Assembly (NCBI RefSeq): GCF_009914755.1
Contig: NC_060939.1
Direction: 5' to 3' (one strand)
Length of the DNA: 64,000 nt
Origin: the human T2T-CHM13v2.0 reference genome, Homo sapiens
Under the pieces are notes generated by a model, which had not been told where the DNA came from, made no database searches, and was given only the letters and a program-made list of their open reading frames with translations. Below, in pieces: positions 36,781 to 52,933 of the stretch; positions within the stretch are counted from its first letter, which is position 1; each line of letters begins with the position of its first letter. Made by a program: the position numbers and the translations under genes.

Positions 36781-36942
36781 AAAAAAAAGAAGAAAGGAAG
36801 GAAGAGACAGAGAAAGAAAAAGAAAGAAAAAGAAAAAAAGAAAGAAGAAAAGAAAAGAAAGAAGGAAGGAAGGAAAGAAAGAATAAAGAAAAGAAAGAAA
36901 GATAGAAAGAAAGAAAGAGAAAAAGAAAGAAAGAAAGAAAAA
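36781..36942. repeat. (GAAA/GGAA)n purine-rich simple repeat in golgin intron 1
   Basis: Direct inspection. Confidence 0.95.
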
Positions 36943-37957
36943 GGCAATACTGGAACTTTGAAACTCAGCCTTCTGACTCCATGCTCTGGGGTTTTGCCAA
37001 GAATTAGCAGCTGCCAGAGACCAAAACCAGAGGCAGAGGTAGAAAAGTAAACATTAAGTAGGCAGGAACTGTATGCCATGTGGTTTAGAGTCATACATCC
37101 TCACACGTCTGTTAGTGTGAAGAAGTGCACCAGTACCTCTCAAACTTTTATATCAATGTGTCCTCATGGCAGAAGGCAGCCTTTCTGTTAAATCTGGGAA
37201 TTTATCAGAAAGAGGACAGCCCAACCCTCATTTAAGAGAGAAATCTGGTATATTCTTAGAAACCTATGTGACTGTCATCCATAAGTACATTAATGCTTTT
37301 TCTCATGATCTCAGGAGAATCAAGGGAAACTGATGCTTCAGGAAGATGTCCCACAATTATCCTGTGGCACTCAAAGTACCCCAGGTTGAGATAATATGAG
37401 GAAGATTCAAGCTGTCATGTTCATTTTACCAAGATCTATTTCACAGAAGATGAGCCAATCTCACTTCGGAGACCACTGAATGAAGGGCAGTCTGGTCCCA
37501 GAACCATGGAGAATTAGAATATGAGGTGGAGAATTCAGGAAAAAAATGTTAAAATCTCTCTGGAAAGTAGAAGCCTGGGAGAAAAACCAAACCCAACCCA
37601 TTCCCCCACTGCCAACCAGAGATACTGTGAACATTTTATGCTCATGGGGAAAGTGTAGGCTTTTCCCACTGTCAATGTCTATGTTAAGAGAGTAAGGCAG
37701 CCTGAAACCTCTTGCTCCTAGGTCCCATAGTCCATTCCCCTTCCAGCTGGAAATTTGTGCTGTGACCAGAGGAACCAGAAATGGGGAAAGAATGCTTAGG
37801 GGCTGGGTCATAAGATCAAATGCTGGTCTTGCAGTAATGACAGTTCCTAGGCAGACTGTGACATCACTACATTCCACTCCTCCTGGTGGGGTGGAGGGAC
37901 CACATCAGCACGATGTCTGAGTTGCCGCTCTACAACAGGGGAGGGAAACACAGGGTT

Positions 37958-38290
37958 GGGACCCAGGTCTTTGGAGACACCAGCGCAAAGAGCCCAGGGA
38001 GGTCGACCTTGAGGCAGCAGGAGGGGAGGGCACAGTCTGCAGCAGGGAGCCCCAGGAGTCACCAGCCCAAAGTCACCCAGGGATGACTGACGAGGGTGGG
38101 GCCAGGGGCTGGGGGACCCAGGTCCTTGGAGATGCAAGCCCAAAGAGCCCAGGGAGGTTGAGCTTGGGGCGTCTGGAGGTGAGGGCCCAGTAATGGAGTG
38201 GGGATCCCCAGGACTCACCCGCCCAAAGTCAACCTGGGGCAATTGGTGAGGGCAGGGACTGGGCTGCTTGCTGAAGGAGTGGGGCTGACT
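37958..38290. repeat. Diverged ~155-bp tandem duplication in golgin intron 1
   Basis: gggacccaggtc(t/c)ttggaga...aaagagcccagggagg at 37958 and 38113; ccccagga.tcacc.gcccaaagtca at ~38050 and ~38206. Confidence 0.75.
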
Positions 38291-38619
38291 GACAAGACTT
38301 TGTTGGGGAAACCCCAGAGGTGCCACAGTTGGGGGGCCCAGTCCAGTGTGCCTCAGGAGTGGTATGGACTCTGGCAGTGGTCTTGTCGTCAGAGGGGATC
38401 TGTGGTTGGGTTGGCGGGCCGTGATCTGGTGCGTTTTTACCTTTTTCTTTGCTGCGGCCAATTTGCTCTGTTGAGTTTCTTCTGCCATCGCGGGGTGGGG
38501 AGGGAGGTGGGGTGGGGAGGGAGGCGGGGTTGGGGCCACGTGAGCGAAATCCCAGGGAGCACTGATGAACACCTCCACTTGCCTACCAGGCAGCTGTGTG
38601 ACTGAGCCAGAGGAGGTGT

Positions 38620-38690
38620 AACCAGGGCCCCAATAGAATGCAGAACAGGGGCGTGGCCTTAATGCTCCAAGCCCATTGGTCAGTGACAAA
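38620..38690 (-). promoter_or_regulatory. Putative golgin core promoter: two CCAAT boxes flanking a GC/KLF box
   Basis: ccaat 38630-38634, ggggcgtggc 38648-38657 and attgg 38675-38679, about 140-190 bp upstream of the ATG at 38488. Confidence 0.5.
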
Positions 38691-39238
38691 GATGAAAGGG
38701 AAAGGGGGCTTGGCCAGGCAGCAGTATGTCCAGAGGGCCCTGTGGCTCACAAGGAAAGCTGCCCATGCAACTGCTGTCCCCGCCCACTCTAAGAGAGTGG
38801 AGGGACCACCCACTCTGGGACAGGGGAGGGGCTGGCTTTTGCTTTAAAAGTTTTAAAACTTTAAAAAATGTATGTGTGCATACTTTATATATATGTGTGT
38901 CTGTGTGTGTGTATCTATGTGTTCCTCCAGAGCTGTCTTCATTATCCAGCTTCTATGCAAGGTCTATGATTTTGGCCTATATTTTTCACCTTCAAACACA
39001 GTACAAAAATTACCAGTATTACCATAAATGAGATAAAGATCCTATAAAAATGAAAAATTCATAGCACGCTTGATGATTAATGAAGCAGACTATATTATCC
39101 AACATTCCAGTAAGATAAAATAATCACAATAGTTTCTCTTTTTTGGAAAAACGTTTCTCTTATTCTCCTATGTTACTGTTAAAAAGTTTTTTCTTAAACA
39201 AGAAACATGTCTAATATCTGTAACAACATAAAGATTTT

Positions 39239-39555
<317 letters not shown>

Positions 39556-39884
39556 TTTAAAGAGCTTTCAATTTAATAAGCACTCAAAGCTCTTTACCGG
39601 TTTAAAACAAATACAAGGCCCATTTTTCTAGAATCACCTGGCCTTTCTAAGCCTTGCAAATGAAACTGAATTTCTCACTTGATACTTGCCTGTGACTTGC
39701 AATCATGAAAACCAAGAATTGTGTTATGTCACTGTGTACTGCTTGTTACCTGAAATCCACACTAGGCTGGGATCAAGGGTTGAATCTTTCAGATTTGCTC
39801 CATAACCTGTGTGCTTCTTATCCCAGACCAAACCAAGTTTTTGTCTAGAGTTCTGCAATTTATAGTTAGTAGAGAAGAGTAATG

Positions 39885-40030
39885 TAGTCTCTGGACTAGC
39901 AGCACCAGCAGCACCTGAGAACTCTTTATAAGTGCAAATTCCCAGGCCCTACCCTGGACCTGGTGAATCAGAAACTCTGGAGTAGGGATCAGCAATCTTT
40001 GCTGCAGTAATCCCTCCAGCTGTTTAAGAA
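39885..40030. mobile_element. MER5A-like hAT DNA transposon remnant
   Basis: cagcagcacctgagaact...aaattcccaggccctaccc...gaatcagaaactctgg is typical MER5A sequence. Confidence 0.65.
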
Positions 40031-40771
40031 CCTCTGCCATACAGCAGGTAGAAAAATGTGTTTCCTTCTGTAGGTCCAAAGCCAGGGATACCATATGTTC
40101 TGTCTTGATACGAAACAATGACATCCAATTAAAACATATAACACATAACTCTCCTTCCTACTCCCACCCTCCATCCAATGTGTTTTATTTTTATGAGTTC
40201 CATAAGAAAACAAGTGGCAATCAGAGGTTTACTCTAAAAAGTATGTTTACAAGTATCAGTTCTCATCCAGCCTGATCTCATACAAAACCATTTACATCCT
40301 CTTACTGCTAAAGCTTTAAAAAAGTATCTTCACAATGTAAGACTCAGGCACACTAGGAGTTCTGTAATAAAACACCAAGTAGAATGGAATGTCCAAACTT
40401 ACTAGAGAAGAAAAGTGGAATCATTGGCTGTATTTTCAAATTGCATTCAAAGGAAATTTAAGTTCTGAATTTGTTCACCTTCATACTTCCAAGTTAATAG
40501 AATTCAACCAGAACACTCCATTCCTTCAAAGCCTCTAGCCTGGCAAAGTTTTACTGTATTACTTCTTACTTTCAATGGATATAAAGCAGAGTCCTGGTAG
40601 GCACATTTTGTATACCTGCAAAGATGCAGAACTAAACAGTTCCATCTCTTCCATATTAAAACAAAAGTCCTGTAAACCTTGGGTGTTGAGTGTAATACTT
40701 CAGCACTAGCACCAAAGCCTCAAATAAGAAAAGATACCAAGAACACCACTAGTGAACAAAACTAAACTCTC

Positions 40772-41046
40772 GGCTGGGAGCAGTAGTTCGCACCTGTAAT
40801 CCCAGCACTTTGACAAGCCAAGGTGGGAGGATTACTTGAAGTCAGGAGTTCAAGACAAGCCTAGGCAGCATAGCGAATTCACATATCCACAGAAAATTTT
40901 AAAAAATAGCTAGGTGTGGTGGCGCACATCTGTAGTCCTAGCTACTCGGCAGGCTGAGGTGGGAAAATTGCTTCTGCCCAGGAATTTGAGGCTGCAGTAG
41001 CTAAGACTATGGCACTGCACTCCAGCCTGGGTGACAGAGCAAGACC
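40772..41046 (+). mobile_element. AluJ-type element
   Basis: Diverged Alu with gaggctgcagt and agcaagacc J-type features; no clear tail. Confidence 0.85.
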
Positions 41047-41154
41047 TAGATAATTACATTATCTCCTGCTCCTGTTTACATTAAAATCACCAAGTTAAAA
41101 TGCTTTGAAATTTGACAGGATAAAAATTAAGTGAAATGTGACTCTGGAGTTTGG

Positions 41155-41463
41155 AGAGAGAAAGAAAGAAGGAAGGAAGGAAGGAAGAAAGGAAGGAAGG
41201 AAGGGAGGGAGGGAGGGAAGGAGGGAGGGAAGGAGGGAGGGAGGGAAAGAAAGAAGGAAGGAAGGAAGAAGGGAGGGAAGGGAGGGAGGGAGGGAAAGAA
41301 AGAAGGAAGGAAGGACAAAAGGAAAAGGAAAAAGGAAAGGAAGAAGGAAGGAAGGAAAAGGAAAGAAAGGAAGGAAACGAAGGAAAGGAAGGAAACAAAG
41401 AAAAAAGAAAAGAAAGGAAAGGAAAAAAAGGAAAGGAAAGGAAAAAAAGGAAAGGAAAGGAAA
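41155..41463. repeat. ~310 bp almost pure GA purine tract ((GGAA)/(GGGA)/(GGAAA)n)
   Basis: Direct inspection; produces the low-complexity ORFs at 41087-41545. Confidence 0.95.
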
Positions 41464-44400
41464 TGAATTAATATACATCCAACCATTAAAAATGATGACG
41501 CCAGAAAATACTGCCACAGAAATATGCCCAAAATATAGTAAGTGACAAAAGGCTATCTATTAAGATTCTACTTTTTAAAATGTTTACATGCATAAAAAAG
41601 TATAAAAAGCAACAAACCAGAATGTTTTGAGCGGCAGAGATTTTTCTAATATTTGTCATCCAAATTATTATAATCAGGGAGAAGTGTTTTCATTTATTTA
41701 TATTTAAATCTCTTTTCTTTTTCTTATTTTTTCTCCCATATGTATCCCATGTAGGCTAGAATCCCCGCCTCTTGAGGGAAACCAGCCCATTTTTGGAAAG
41801 TGCCCTACATAAAGCTGCCCATCTTCCTTTGAAGAGATCTGGAGACATTTTTGTTTCAAATTGTTTTATTGTTCTCAGTATATATATGTTTTTAATATAT
41901 GAAATTGAGGAAAAGAGAAAGGAAAGGCTGACTCCCTACCACCCTCTTGGGGCTACTCTTCCAATTTTTGCTGCTATTATTATGTATTAATATTCACTGG
42001 GTACTAAGAAGATGGGCAACCCCTTAGATCCTTTTTTCTTATCTCTTTCTCATAATCCTACTTCATTCCTTCATTCACTTATTTTTAAAAGGGTCATATG
42101 TACAAATATATAGTCCAGAAAAATTTTAAATATAACTATCTATAAAAGTATGTGACAAAATCCCATTCACAGTCTTATTCTCCTTCCACAGCCACTTTTA
42201 ATTCATTTCTTGTATATCATTTCAGAATTTATCTTTGCAAATACACATGTATATTCTTATTCTACCCTTCTCTCTCAACACAAAAAGTAGCATACCACAC
42301 ATACGATACCATTCCTTCTCCCTTTTAAAAAAACACACAGAATACATCCAAGTTCTAGGTGAGTACAGAGTCTTTCTCATTCTTCTTTTCAGCTACACAG
42401 TATGCATCATTTGGATGTACCTCAGTTTACTTAACCAATTCCCTTTTGGCAGACACTGAAATCATCCCTATCATACTATTACAGGCAATAATGCCAAGCA
42501 TAACCACCTACACACACCAAGTTCATTGCTGAATCTGCCTTTGATGAAGCCTCTGTTTGAATCACCATAACGTCACAAGGCTGAAAAGTTAGCCCCTTTT
42601 TTAGTTTTCATTATGTACAGCAGTATGTAGCAAAAGACTCCCTCGGGCAAAGGAAATGTACTCTTTGGGGATTTACTTCATAACAATAAATGGATAAACA
42701 GAACACCAAGGAGAACTGTTTATATTTAACCATGAACATGTATGTATACAATACATGCATACGCATAGAAAGTATAAAATAAATAAATTCATCAAAGCAT
42801 TAAGCATTGTCTCAGTATGGTGGATCTAGGGAGTGCTTTGTAGACCGCCCTCTTTGCCTATCCTTTCTAATTTCACAACGGTAAATACGTATACTTTTGC
42901 AATATAAAATTTCAAAAAATGTTAACTCAAATTAAGCTGCATGTAGCCCTTCGGTCTGTCCTACATTTGTATGATGCTCCAGAGTGCTCAAATAACACTT
43001 CATAAAAAAATTTATTTCTTCAAAAACTTACTTTTGTGAAGATTTCTGTGAATGTCTATGTGTTAGATATTCACTATGTGAACATCAAAGTGAAGAAGCT
43101 CAGGCATTTGCATGCTTGACTCATAAGGAGACTCGAAATGTGGAGCTGGAGGGTGAAATAAGGGCTCACCTGTTCCCAGACTTGCCACAATAGGTGGTTC
43201 TGTTTTTACAGAAAGTGAGTGATGCAGAAATATTTTGACAGCTCATTTGTTCAATCATTGTGTTCCTTTGGACTTAGATTCCAGATAATTGGGACCCTCT
43301 TAGCTGGTGGCTAGCATGAATGAAGTATTGTTGTAAAAATGCGAACGAAGGTACATATATGAATGGAAGCGTATTTTGCCCAGAAACCATCGGTTTGGGA
43401 TTCTGAAAGATCAGGAATGAAATGCTAGGCCCATAACTTCCTCCAGTGTGATCTTGGACATATTACTCCTTCTGTATTTATTTTAGATTTTTCAACCTTA
43501 AAATGAGTACAATAATATCATCTTAATCTTTCCTTTCACTTCTATCCGCTTCTCTTTCTAGGAATATTTATTGGAAGTTTGTTCTCTTTCCACTTGGCTG
43601 GCTGCTTTAAGATACAAGTTGAGTAAAACCAGTGCTACTCCTGGTCTGCTGGGAATTTCAGGCTAGTAAGGTTGTTATGAAGATTAAATAAGATAACATA
43701 AGTAAGTTAGTTCATGTGCAGTGTTTCAATAAGTATTGAGACCCTTTCTTCTTCTGAAAGGTTTATGAATCTCTTAGGGCATTCTATTCAGAAGATCCAA
43801 ATACCTCTTGCCAGTTGCCCAAATAGAACAACTTGTTCAGAGCCTAGGAGAGCAGGGTCAATAGATGAATACTTTACAACACCTAAGAAGTTTAACAGAC
43901 ACTTAATTCTGGTCTTTAAATGACTTTATTTTGTTGCTTATTTGTAGATGACTATATAGAGTGACAAAAAAGTGGAATACACTATCCGAGCTATAATAAG
44001 ATAGATCTTGTAAGTGTAAGCATTTTAGACATCAACTCAGTATAAATTTTGACTTGAATGGAAATGTTATGTCTGAGGGTTCCCAGTTTTGCTAATGACA
44101 CACTTAATTGACAATATAATTGTGACACTGAAGAGTGTGAAATTAAAATCTTAAGAAGTATGCAAACTAATAGCATGATTCTCTGTGTGAACAAAGCGGT
44201 TTAACTGAATAGTACCTTATTTATGATTGGCTTTTCATACCTAGATAATTCTGTCTGGTATCTAATGGAAAAACTGATCTAAAAATGATTAACGACCATT
44301 TGCCACTTTAATAAAAATTGTCAAAAACAGATATTGATGATATTTCTAAAAATTATTAAGGGGAATAGAGCAGCATTTCACAACTAGATTCCAAGGATTG

Positions 44401-46297
44401 TGGTCTGGACAGCACAAACCACATATTTTCATCCATTGTCTAGATCTTTATTAGGTCTAATGCATTTATAATATTTTTGCAAGCTTATATTTTTAATTAT
44501 TGCTAGTACCTCAATGCCCAATACAGATGATACAACTAACCAGTAACCAATAAGATACAGACTTTGAGTTTTGTGTTTCAGGAGTTATGGGTTGCAGTGT
44601 TTTTATTTATACTCGGTGACACTGTTTCTCTTCAGCTCCAGTGTAGTGATTGAAGCCTTCTACCAGGCAGAGGACTAGGTGACTAAGTATGTATGGCATG
44701 GGCCGCAGAATAGACAAGACTTAGTCCTGTGCTTTTGGACTAATGGTCTGGTGTGCTGACCAAATAAGCATTTCAACACAAGTGATTCTCATCAGTATCA
44801 TGATGTGTTCTCTTAACAGATTGAGAATTTTATTTTTCAAATAGGAAATGGCTAATTTATTTTAAACTATGTATCATATTATACTTTCAAATTCCAAACA
44901 GTATCTTAAAATGATATGAATAATTAAGTTTATAATTTAGCTTTAAAAAGCTATGTAAATTTTATATTGACACTGATGGGATAGAAATCTACATTGGAAC
45001 TTTTAATTCCTTTATGTTTTTATAGTGTCATCATAATACAATAAAATTACTGCTCTATTGCATTGGAAGTATATGCTCATTAAGGAAATGGCCAGGAAAA
45101 AAATATTCACGTACTCAGGGAAATTTTAACATGAGATATTTTGCCTTAGTGTGTATATCACTTGAACTTCCTTTGAACTCTGTGCACTACTTGCTATTTA
45201 TGACAAAGAAAGCCATTGCTCACAAAGTATTGGGTTTGCCTTTGAAGCGGTATCAGGAGATCATTGACAAAAGGCAGGGCTGAGATTAGATGTTGAGGGT
45301 TATTGCCTTGCTATAGTCCCAAAGCTATGTGAAATGTCAGCTAATTGAAAATGGTAATTATTCTAAATAACAGCATAAACTGTTTCTTTCTAGGATATGT
45401 GTTGCTTTCAAATTAATAGCCATTGATCTGTGTTTTTTTTTTTTTTTTTTTTTTTCACCATCCTTCTCTGTCCTTTTGTCAAATTATCTAGCCATCGGTC
45501 CTTGGGACAAAACCCGTTGCACCATTTATATTGACCATGGTTTAATGAGTGACCTGGTCTTCCTGTTTGCATAGATTGTAATAGGCCCACCCACCTGAGA
45601 GTCTGTCAGCCAGACTGAGATGTGTAACCTCTATGTATAACTTAGTTTCTAAGTGGAAAGACTTTAAAATGGAAACCAAGTAATTGTGTTACAGTGGCCA
45701 TTTGCATTTATTTCAGATACTGGTCGGGAGAAGTCCTATTAATCACAGTCATAATAGATCTTCAAATTATGACCTACTGAGCAAGGTCATCCTGTATGAG
45801 ATGAATAATATATATTCAAAATGTTCAGCTTGCTTCTAATGGGCAGTACTTTGTACCAAATGGTTTTGAGGGAAATACGTACAGTATAATTTTTCAGACA
45901 AAGAATTAAAATTCCTAGTTGTGATGGTTAAAAAAAAAACCCTCTAAAGTAGAAATTAGAAATACATATTCTCCATAGCTATAAAATGAGCCACAAGTAC
46001 ACTTTGATTCTGTAAAATTGAGTTACTTTGGAAAATATTTCAGAGTAACCTAATCCCAAATCAAGGCTCTCTATTGGAATTGGTAGACAACCCAAAAATA
46101 CTTGGGCTTGATCTGTTTCAACAAAGTGAAGAAGACAGGAAGAGTATGAGAAATTATTCAAATATATTCAGAAAAAATATCTGCTGAGGTTGGAAAACTA
46201 ATATACAGTGATTACAGAAAAGTTATACTCCATCCGTAGATCAAGCCTTGCCACAAAATCATAAAACCAATTTTCTTTTTGAGTGTGAAGGAAATGA

Positions 46298-46644
<347 letters not shown>

Positions 46645-48838
46645 AACTTTACTTTTAACTAGTAAATTGTAACCAGGAAGTATACTCACAAACTGTGGAG
46701 CAAGGACACAGGAACAAATGTAGCATTGAAAATAAACAGTAGAAGATAGTGAATCTGACACATTTAATAATGAGCAAATGCTGTTGTGTTCCACAATATT
46801 TAGGCACACCTATGCAAAAAATCACTTCAGGAAACCACGGCTTTACATCTTAGGAAGCAAAAGTGGAGGGAAAGGGTTGGCAGTGAAGAACAACTTGTAC
46901 ACATGCCTTGTTAAAGCAATTCCACATAATCTTATTCCATTTCAAACCAAGACTGTTTAGAATCTTACGTCCTGTTGCCACAAGAACTGAGCTCAATACT
47001 TTAGAATCCTAAGCCCAATATCTGAGAGTGGTGAAGGCATTTTTGGAAGAACCCAGGCATGTATCTGTAGGACCTTAGTAAACCTCCTGTTTTGCATAAT
47101 TCTCTCCTGCCTCCCCAGTCTGTCTGAGGGCTATGCTTTCTTCTTCCCTCTCCCAAGTGAAGGTAATTGACTGATGCTTAATTGTTATTTCTTTCTAAAA
47201 TTGATAACATAAAATGAGGGCATTAGGTTTCTTCCTTGAAAATCTTCTGTTTTTATAATAAAAGTAGCTGTAGCCAAAACCTGCCCCATGTAAAAAAGTA
47301 TCTGCTAACAATTACAGAAATTGTCATATGCATCTGTTTTTTGAACTCAGTGAAGTCCCAGAAATCTTTTTAGTGCTCTGATACCTTGTAATAAAGGACC
47401 TCTAGAGGTTACTGAAATGAAAGCATGCAGAGTTACTGTAGCGGTATGTTGTTACAGGGGAAAAGAAAACCAGCAGCCATTCACTGTACAGCCTACACTG
47501 CTGTAACCGGTGTTGCCCAGTAAACTATCTGGCATGCAAAATGCTAAGTATTCAAAGTACCTGGCATTCATGATCATTGTGATAGCAAACTGTTGACATT
47601 TGGTTTATTTCCCAAAGCCGGACCATTCGTACTTCTCTTAAATATTTTGGCTTTAGAGCTTTGTTGTTGATACAGATAATGTATCTCCTTGTTGCCCTGT
47701 TTCCCTTCTTGCTGCCCTGCATTTAGCTGCAATTTGCTTTAATGGAGTCATCCCCATGATCATGGAGAAATTGTTCAGTATTTTGATGTTTAGCTTTCAT
47801 CTCATTTTGGATCGTTTATCTTGATAATTAACATTATTGCATGAAGACCCAGTTGAGAAAAAATATTCTGTAGGAAATTCATTCTTTAATAGTTAATATA
47901 AGCCTTCACATGCTGAGTGTCAAAACCTGCAATTCCTCTTGATCCTTAAAAGGCTTGTAAATAAAGACAGTTCAGTTGAAGAAACTATACTGTTAAAGTC
48001 AAATATTTTTGGAAATCAGCTTTGAGTCTTGGGGATTTAGAAATTTACGTAAATGATCTGACTCTCAGCAAGCTCTAAATAAACAATAACTATTTGATGG
48101 GGTAATTGAAAGAGAGCCTCCCATCAAGTGATCACTATCTGCAAAAGTGATAATTCACTAAAAACTTATGCCTCACTTTGTAATAACAATATCACAGTGG
48201 GAATTTTTAATCAATAAACTGGAATATAATCAGATTGGGGAATATGTAAATCTATATCAGTCCAGTGAAACCTACCAGCAGGGAGAGAAAAGATAAAAAT
48301 GTAAAAATCAGATTGAATTTTGGGGGAAAGCTTAAAAGAAATGCAGTTATGCCTCGGCTGCCATACTCAGCATGGGACATAAAGAGCCCCACCACAGGGC
48401 TTGAATTTACAGGAGTCTGTCCAGCACAGCTTTATCCGACACTGAAGCTTCCTAACAAACAGAAAGAAATCTTACACTCTTGCTTGTTAGTATTTAATAC
48501 ATGCATTATGTGCTTTTTAATTTTTTGGTCCTACTAAGGAGTAGCTGATAGCGCTGTTTTGAAGGCATATCTACTGTGCCTCTGACTAGCAATAGGAAAC
48601 CGGTTAAGTTATTCAACCTCTCTACATTTCAGTTTCAGGAAATGAAGTGGACAAAGAAGATCATCATTAGGCAATATGTACCTCCAATATTCTGTATTAT
48701 GTGGAGATATCAAGTCCGTATGTGATTACACAAATCATAGTCCAAAAGAGTTCAGAATGAGACATATAGAATTGAAAGTCCTATTTATACAGATACTGGT
48801 TAAAGCCCAGGGATTAGATGGGTTTAAAATGCTTTACC

Positions 48839-49331
<493 letters not shown>

Positions 49332-49972
49332 CTAAGACATTTCGGACAAGAATAGAAGAGCGACCTTTGGATTTCACTGCACGTAGCTTAACAAACGTTC
49401 ATAAAGGCAGTGAAAACGGAAGCTCGGTTAGGGTGGTCTTAGGAGAGAACCCAGGTGATGACGTAGAGAATGCGACTATAGATGGCTCTCTCTAGAAGTT
49501 TTACTTTTAAGGGTAGCAGAGAACTAGAGTAGAGCTGCAGACATAGTTCCCCCTCCTCCCTCTCCTCCATCTCCAGTTTCTTCTTCTTTCCATGAGTGTA
49601 ACAGAATGAAATTTAGGGCATAATCCTGTAGAAGGTAAGAAATTAACGATGCAGGAAAGAGATTGGATAATTGTCCAAAATAAATAAGTTCTCAGATGAT
49701 GCAAGGCAGTGGGCTCTAGCACACAAAGGGGCTGACATCTGATAGGAATTTAGTTGTTTTATCCACATAACAGTTATTTTTTCAGAGAAAAATCGAATTG
49801 TGAAAATATAGCTGAAAACCAAACATTACCCCTATGTGTGTGGTAACTTGTGATGTAAAATGCATTTCTCAATAAAGGTCCTGGTCATAAATTTTAAAAG
49901 TAAAATACCTTGAGGGAGCTACAGTTAGAGGACAGCAGGATGAAGGATAATCATCAGAAAGAATACAAAGTG

Positions 49973-50110
49973 GGCCAGGCATGGTGGTTCATGCCTGTAA
50001 ACCCAGAGCTTTAGGAGGTGTTGTTGGGAGGATCACCTGAGATCAGGAGTTTGAGACCAGCCTGGGCAACCCAGACCCCCATCTCTACAAAAATAATAAT
50101 TAAAAAAAGA
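49973..50110 (+). mobile_element. Alu left monomer / FLAM-like fragment
   Basis: ggccaggcatggtggttcatgcctgtaa...gaccagcctgggcaac, then an A-rich end. Confidence 0.8.
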
Positions 50111-50648
50111 CTACAGAGTAGAAAAAGCAGAGTGAAACAGAATCTTCAATACAAACAGTAGGGGGATTTTAGCAAAGAGTAGCTGACTTAGATGGTGCTA
50201 AGATTTGTATGGAGTTCAGTGCTGAGAAGTCTTTTTAACAAGTGATTTAAATGGGAATATTGCCTTGTTTACATAGCTCAAATAAAATGCAGTATAATGT
50301 GCAGAAAACAAAAAAAAACAGTAAAAAGCTTAAATAATCTTTATTCTTAGGACAATGTTTTTCAAATAAGGATTATGGCTCACTATTTGGTCATAACATA
50401 AAATACATTTCTTATTGTGGATGGCTCCAAGAAAAAGAAAACCCAAGTTTAAGAAGGCTCACCAATAGAGAGTTTACCTATGTCATATAAGAAGTCCCAG
50501 TTATACATCCACTAGTAATAGCTCCATGGCCAGGTACATGCTAGTATTTGCATTTTGGAACGGTTTTTCTCTCCCGTTTGTTGTCTCTTGGTCACAAGAT
50601 GACAGATTATCCCAGGCCTCACGTTTACATTCGAAGACTAAAAACCAC

Positions 50649-50880
50649 TGTGGTGAGTAGGAAATGCCCCTCCCCAGAGATGACTCCCAAGCCCTCATTC
50701 CCAGACCTGTGACTGTGTTGCCTTACATTGCAGATGTACTCCGCAGATGTGATTAAATTCAGGAGCTCGACATGAAGGGATTAACCTGTCTTATCTGGGT
50801 GAGTTCAATGGAATCATAAGAGTCGAGTGAGCCAGGAGATTCAGATAGGGAGGGGTGACCATGGAAGCAGAATAATGTGG
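50649..50880 (+). mobile_element. MLT1-type (MaLR) LTR fragment
   Basis: tgtggt...cccagacctgtgactgtgttgccttacat...gcagatgtgattaa...ttatctgggtg resembles an MLT1 5' end. Confidence 0.55.
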
Positions 50881-51177
50881 AGTGAGAAAGACTATTCATG
50901 GGCTTATGAAGTTAACTGAGCAGAATGTAGGGTTTTCAGGATATTGGCAATGAGAAAATGATAGCGGTGAGTGAAATCATCTGGATGTTCCAGGGGAGAA
51001 CCTGAATAGTTTTCTTTGCAGTTGGTCAGCTGTTCATTTTACTCAGAAACTGAGACATTATGCTACCTTTTTGCACATCCCTCCCCTGCCTTTCTTGTTC
51101 AACAGATGGCCGCCTGTACTAATGCTTTCAGGAATGTGAGGTTACTGGACACGAAAGCCATCAGCTCCTCCAAACTC

Positions 51178-51485
<308 letters not shown>

Positions 51486-52715
51486 TAATCCTTCCCACCC
51501 CCACAAATCCTCTTGCACTTTGTCAGTCATTTGTCTCTCCTGAGTCTTTAATGTCTCTCGTTCTAATGATGCTTTCCCCTTAGATCAAGTCATACTCAAC
51601 ATTCTCTGTCTGTCTCCCTTTCTAAATCTACTGTGCTTAACCCTTAAATGCAAAGTGTTCCCAGATTTTCATCTTATCTAAACTCTCTCTTCACACTTTA
51701 ATTAGGTGATCTTTTCTCTCACCTACAACTCTCAAATCTGTATCTCCAGCTCTGACAATACCCATGAATCCCAGGTATGTATACCTGACTGCCTGCTGGA
51801 TAGTCACCTGAAGTTAAAAAAAAAGAATATTTATAATTGAAATTATTCCCACTCTTCTTTCATCCCACCCAAAACATGTGCATTTTCTTTGTTCCTTCTC
51901 TCTAGGACCATCTCCACTCTGCAGCCGACAACTGAAGCCAGACATTAGGGCACCATGGTTAACTCTCATTAGCTGGAAACATTATTGTTATTTGTTTAGC
52001 ATAACTTAAATATGATGTATTTTATATATTTAAAAATATAATTTGTGACCCCACATAGGGTCCTGAAGTTGATGCAGATGCTTGAGGTATTGTATTGCAT
52101 ATGTTTATTTTCAGCTGACTTAGTCACTGGAGGCAGATGTGTGAAGGAAGTCTCCTTCAGTGACTCATCAGAGAAACTCAAAATGAGTTGCCAGGAATAA
52201 AACAGCATAATTTTAAAGGAATTCTCTGCTTAGACATTGTGCATCTGTCAAACTCAGACTGGATAAATTAATTACGCTCTGATAGGATAGCCCCAGAGAG
52301 CCAGCCTTTCAAGATCTATTCTTCTCTATAATCAATATAGTAATTTAACATTTGAACCTGCCTCCAAGCAAAAGGGCATACAACCAACTGTGAAAAGTCT
52401 TTGTATTCTACTCAGAATTCTTTGTTGGTAATGGGAAATTATTTTTAGTTAAAAAATCAAAAATTAAAAAGAAAAATTATTATTATGGCTACTATTCTTT
52501 TCAAGTTGAACATAAAAGTTGAGATCAGCCTGTAAACTTCTACGTTCAGGCAAAGAACACAAAAATTGATGAAGATAAAAAATGTGGTTGGTTTATTGGG
52601 AATAATAGTCATTTTTAATTAAAGAAAATAAAATATTAAAAGTAAATATACCAAGCAAGAATTATAGAATTAATGTTATCAAAATGACATGAATGGTCTC
52701 ATATACTAGGCAATA

Positions 52716-52933
52716 CCTCCGCCTCCCAGGTTCAAGTGATTTTTGTGCCTCAGCCTCCCATGTAGTTGGGACTACAGGTGCAAGCCACCAATGTCTGGTT
52801 AATTTTTGTATTTTTAGTAGAAGCGGGGTTTCGCCATGTTTGCCAGACTGATCTTGAACTCCTGACCTCAAATAATCCACCTGCCTTGGATTCCCAAAGT
52901 GCTGGGATTACAGACGTGAGCCACTGTGCCCGG
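52716..52933 (-). mobile_element. Partial Alu
   Basis: cctccgcctcccaggttcaagtgat...gtgagccactgtgcccgg. Confidence 0.85.

Noticed and set aside
41087-41545. Lys/Arg/Glu-rich and Phe/Ser/Pro-rich ORFs
   Set aside because: Translations of the GA simple repeat.
43025-43150. Possible minus-strand exon (ag...gtaag) with an octamer motif
   Set aside because: No recognisable homology or supporting neighbouring exons; such signals occur by chance.
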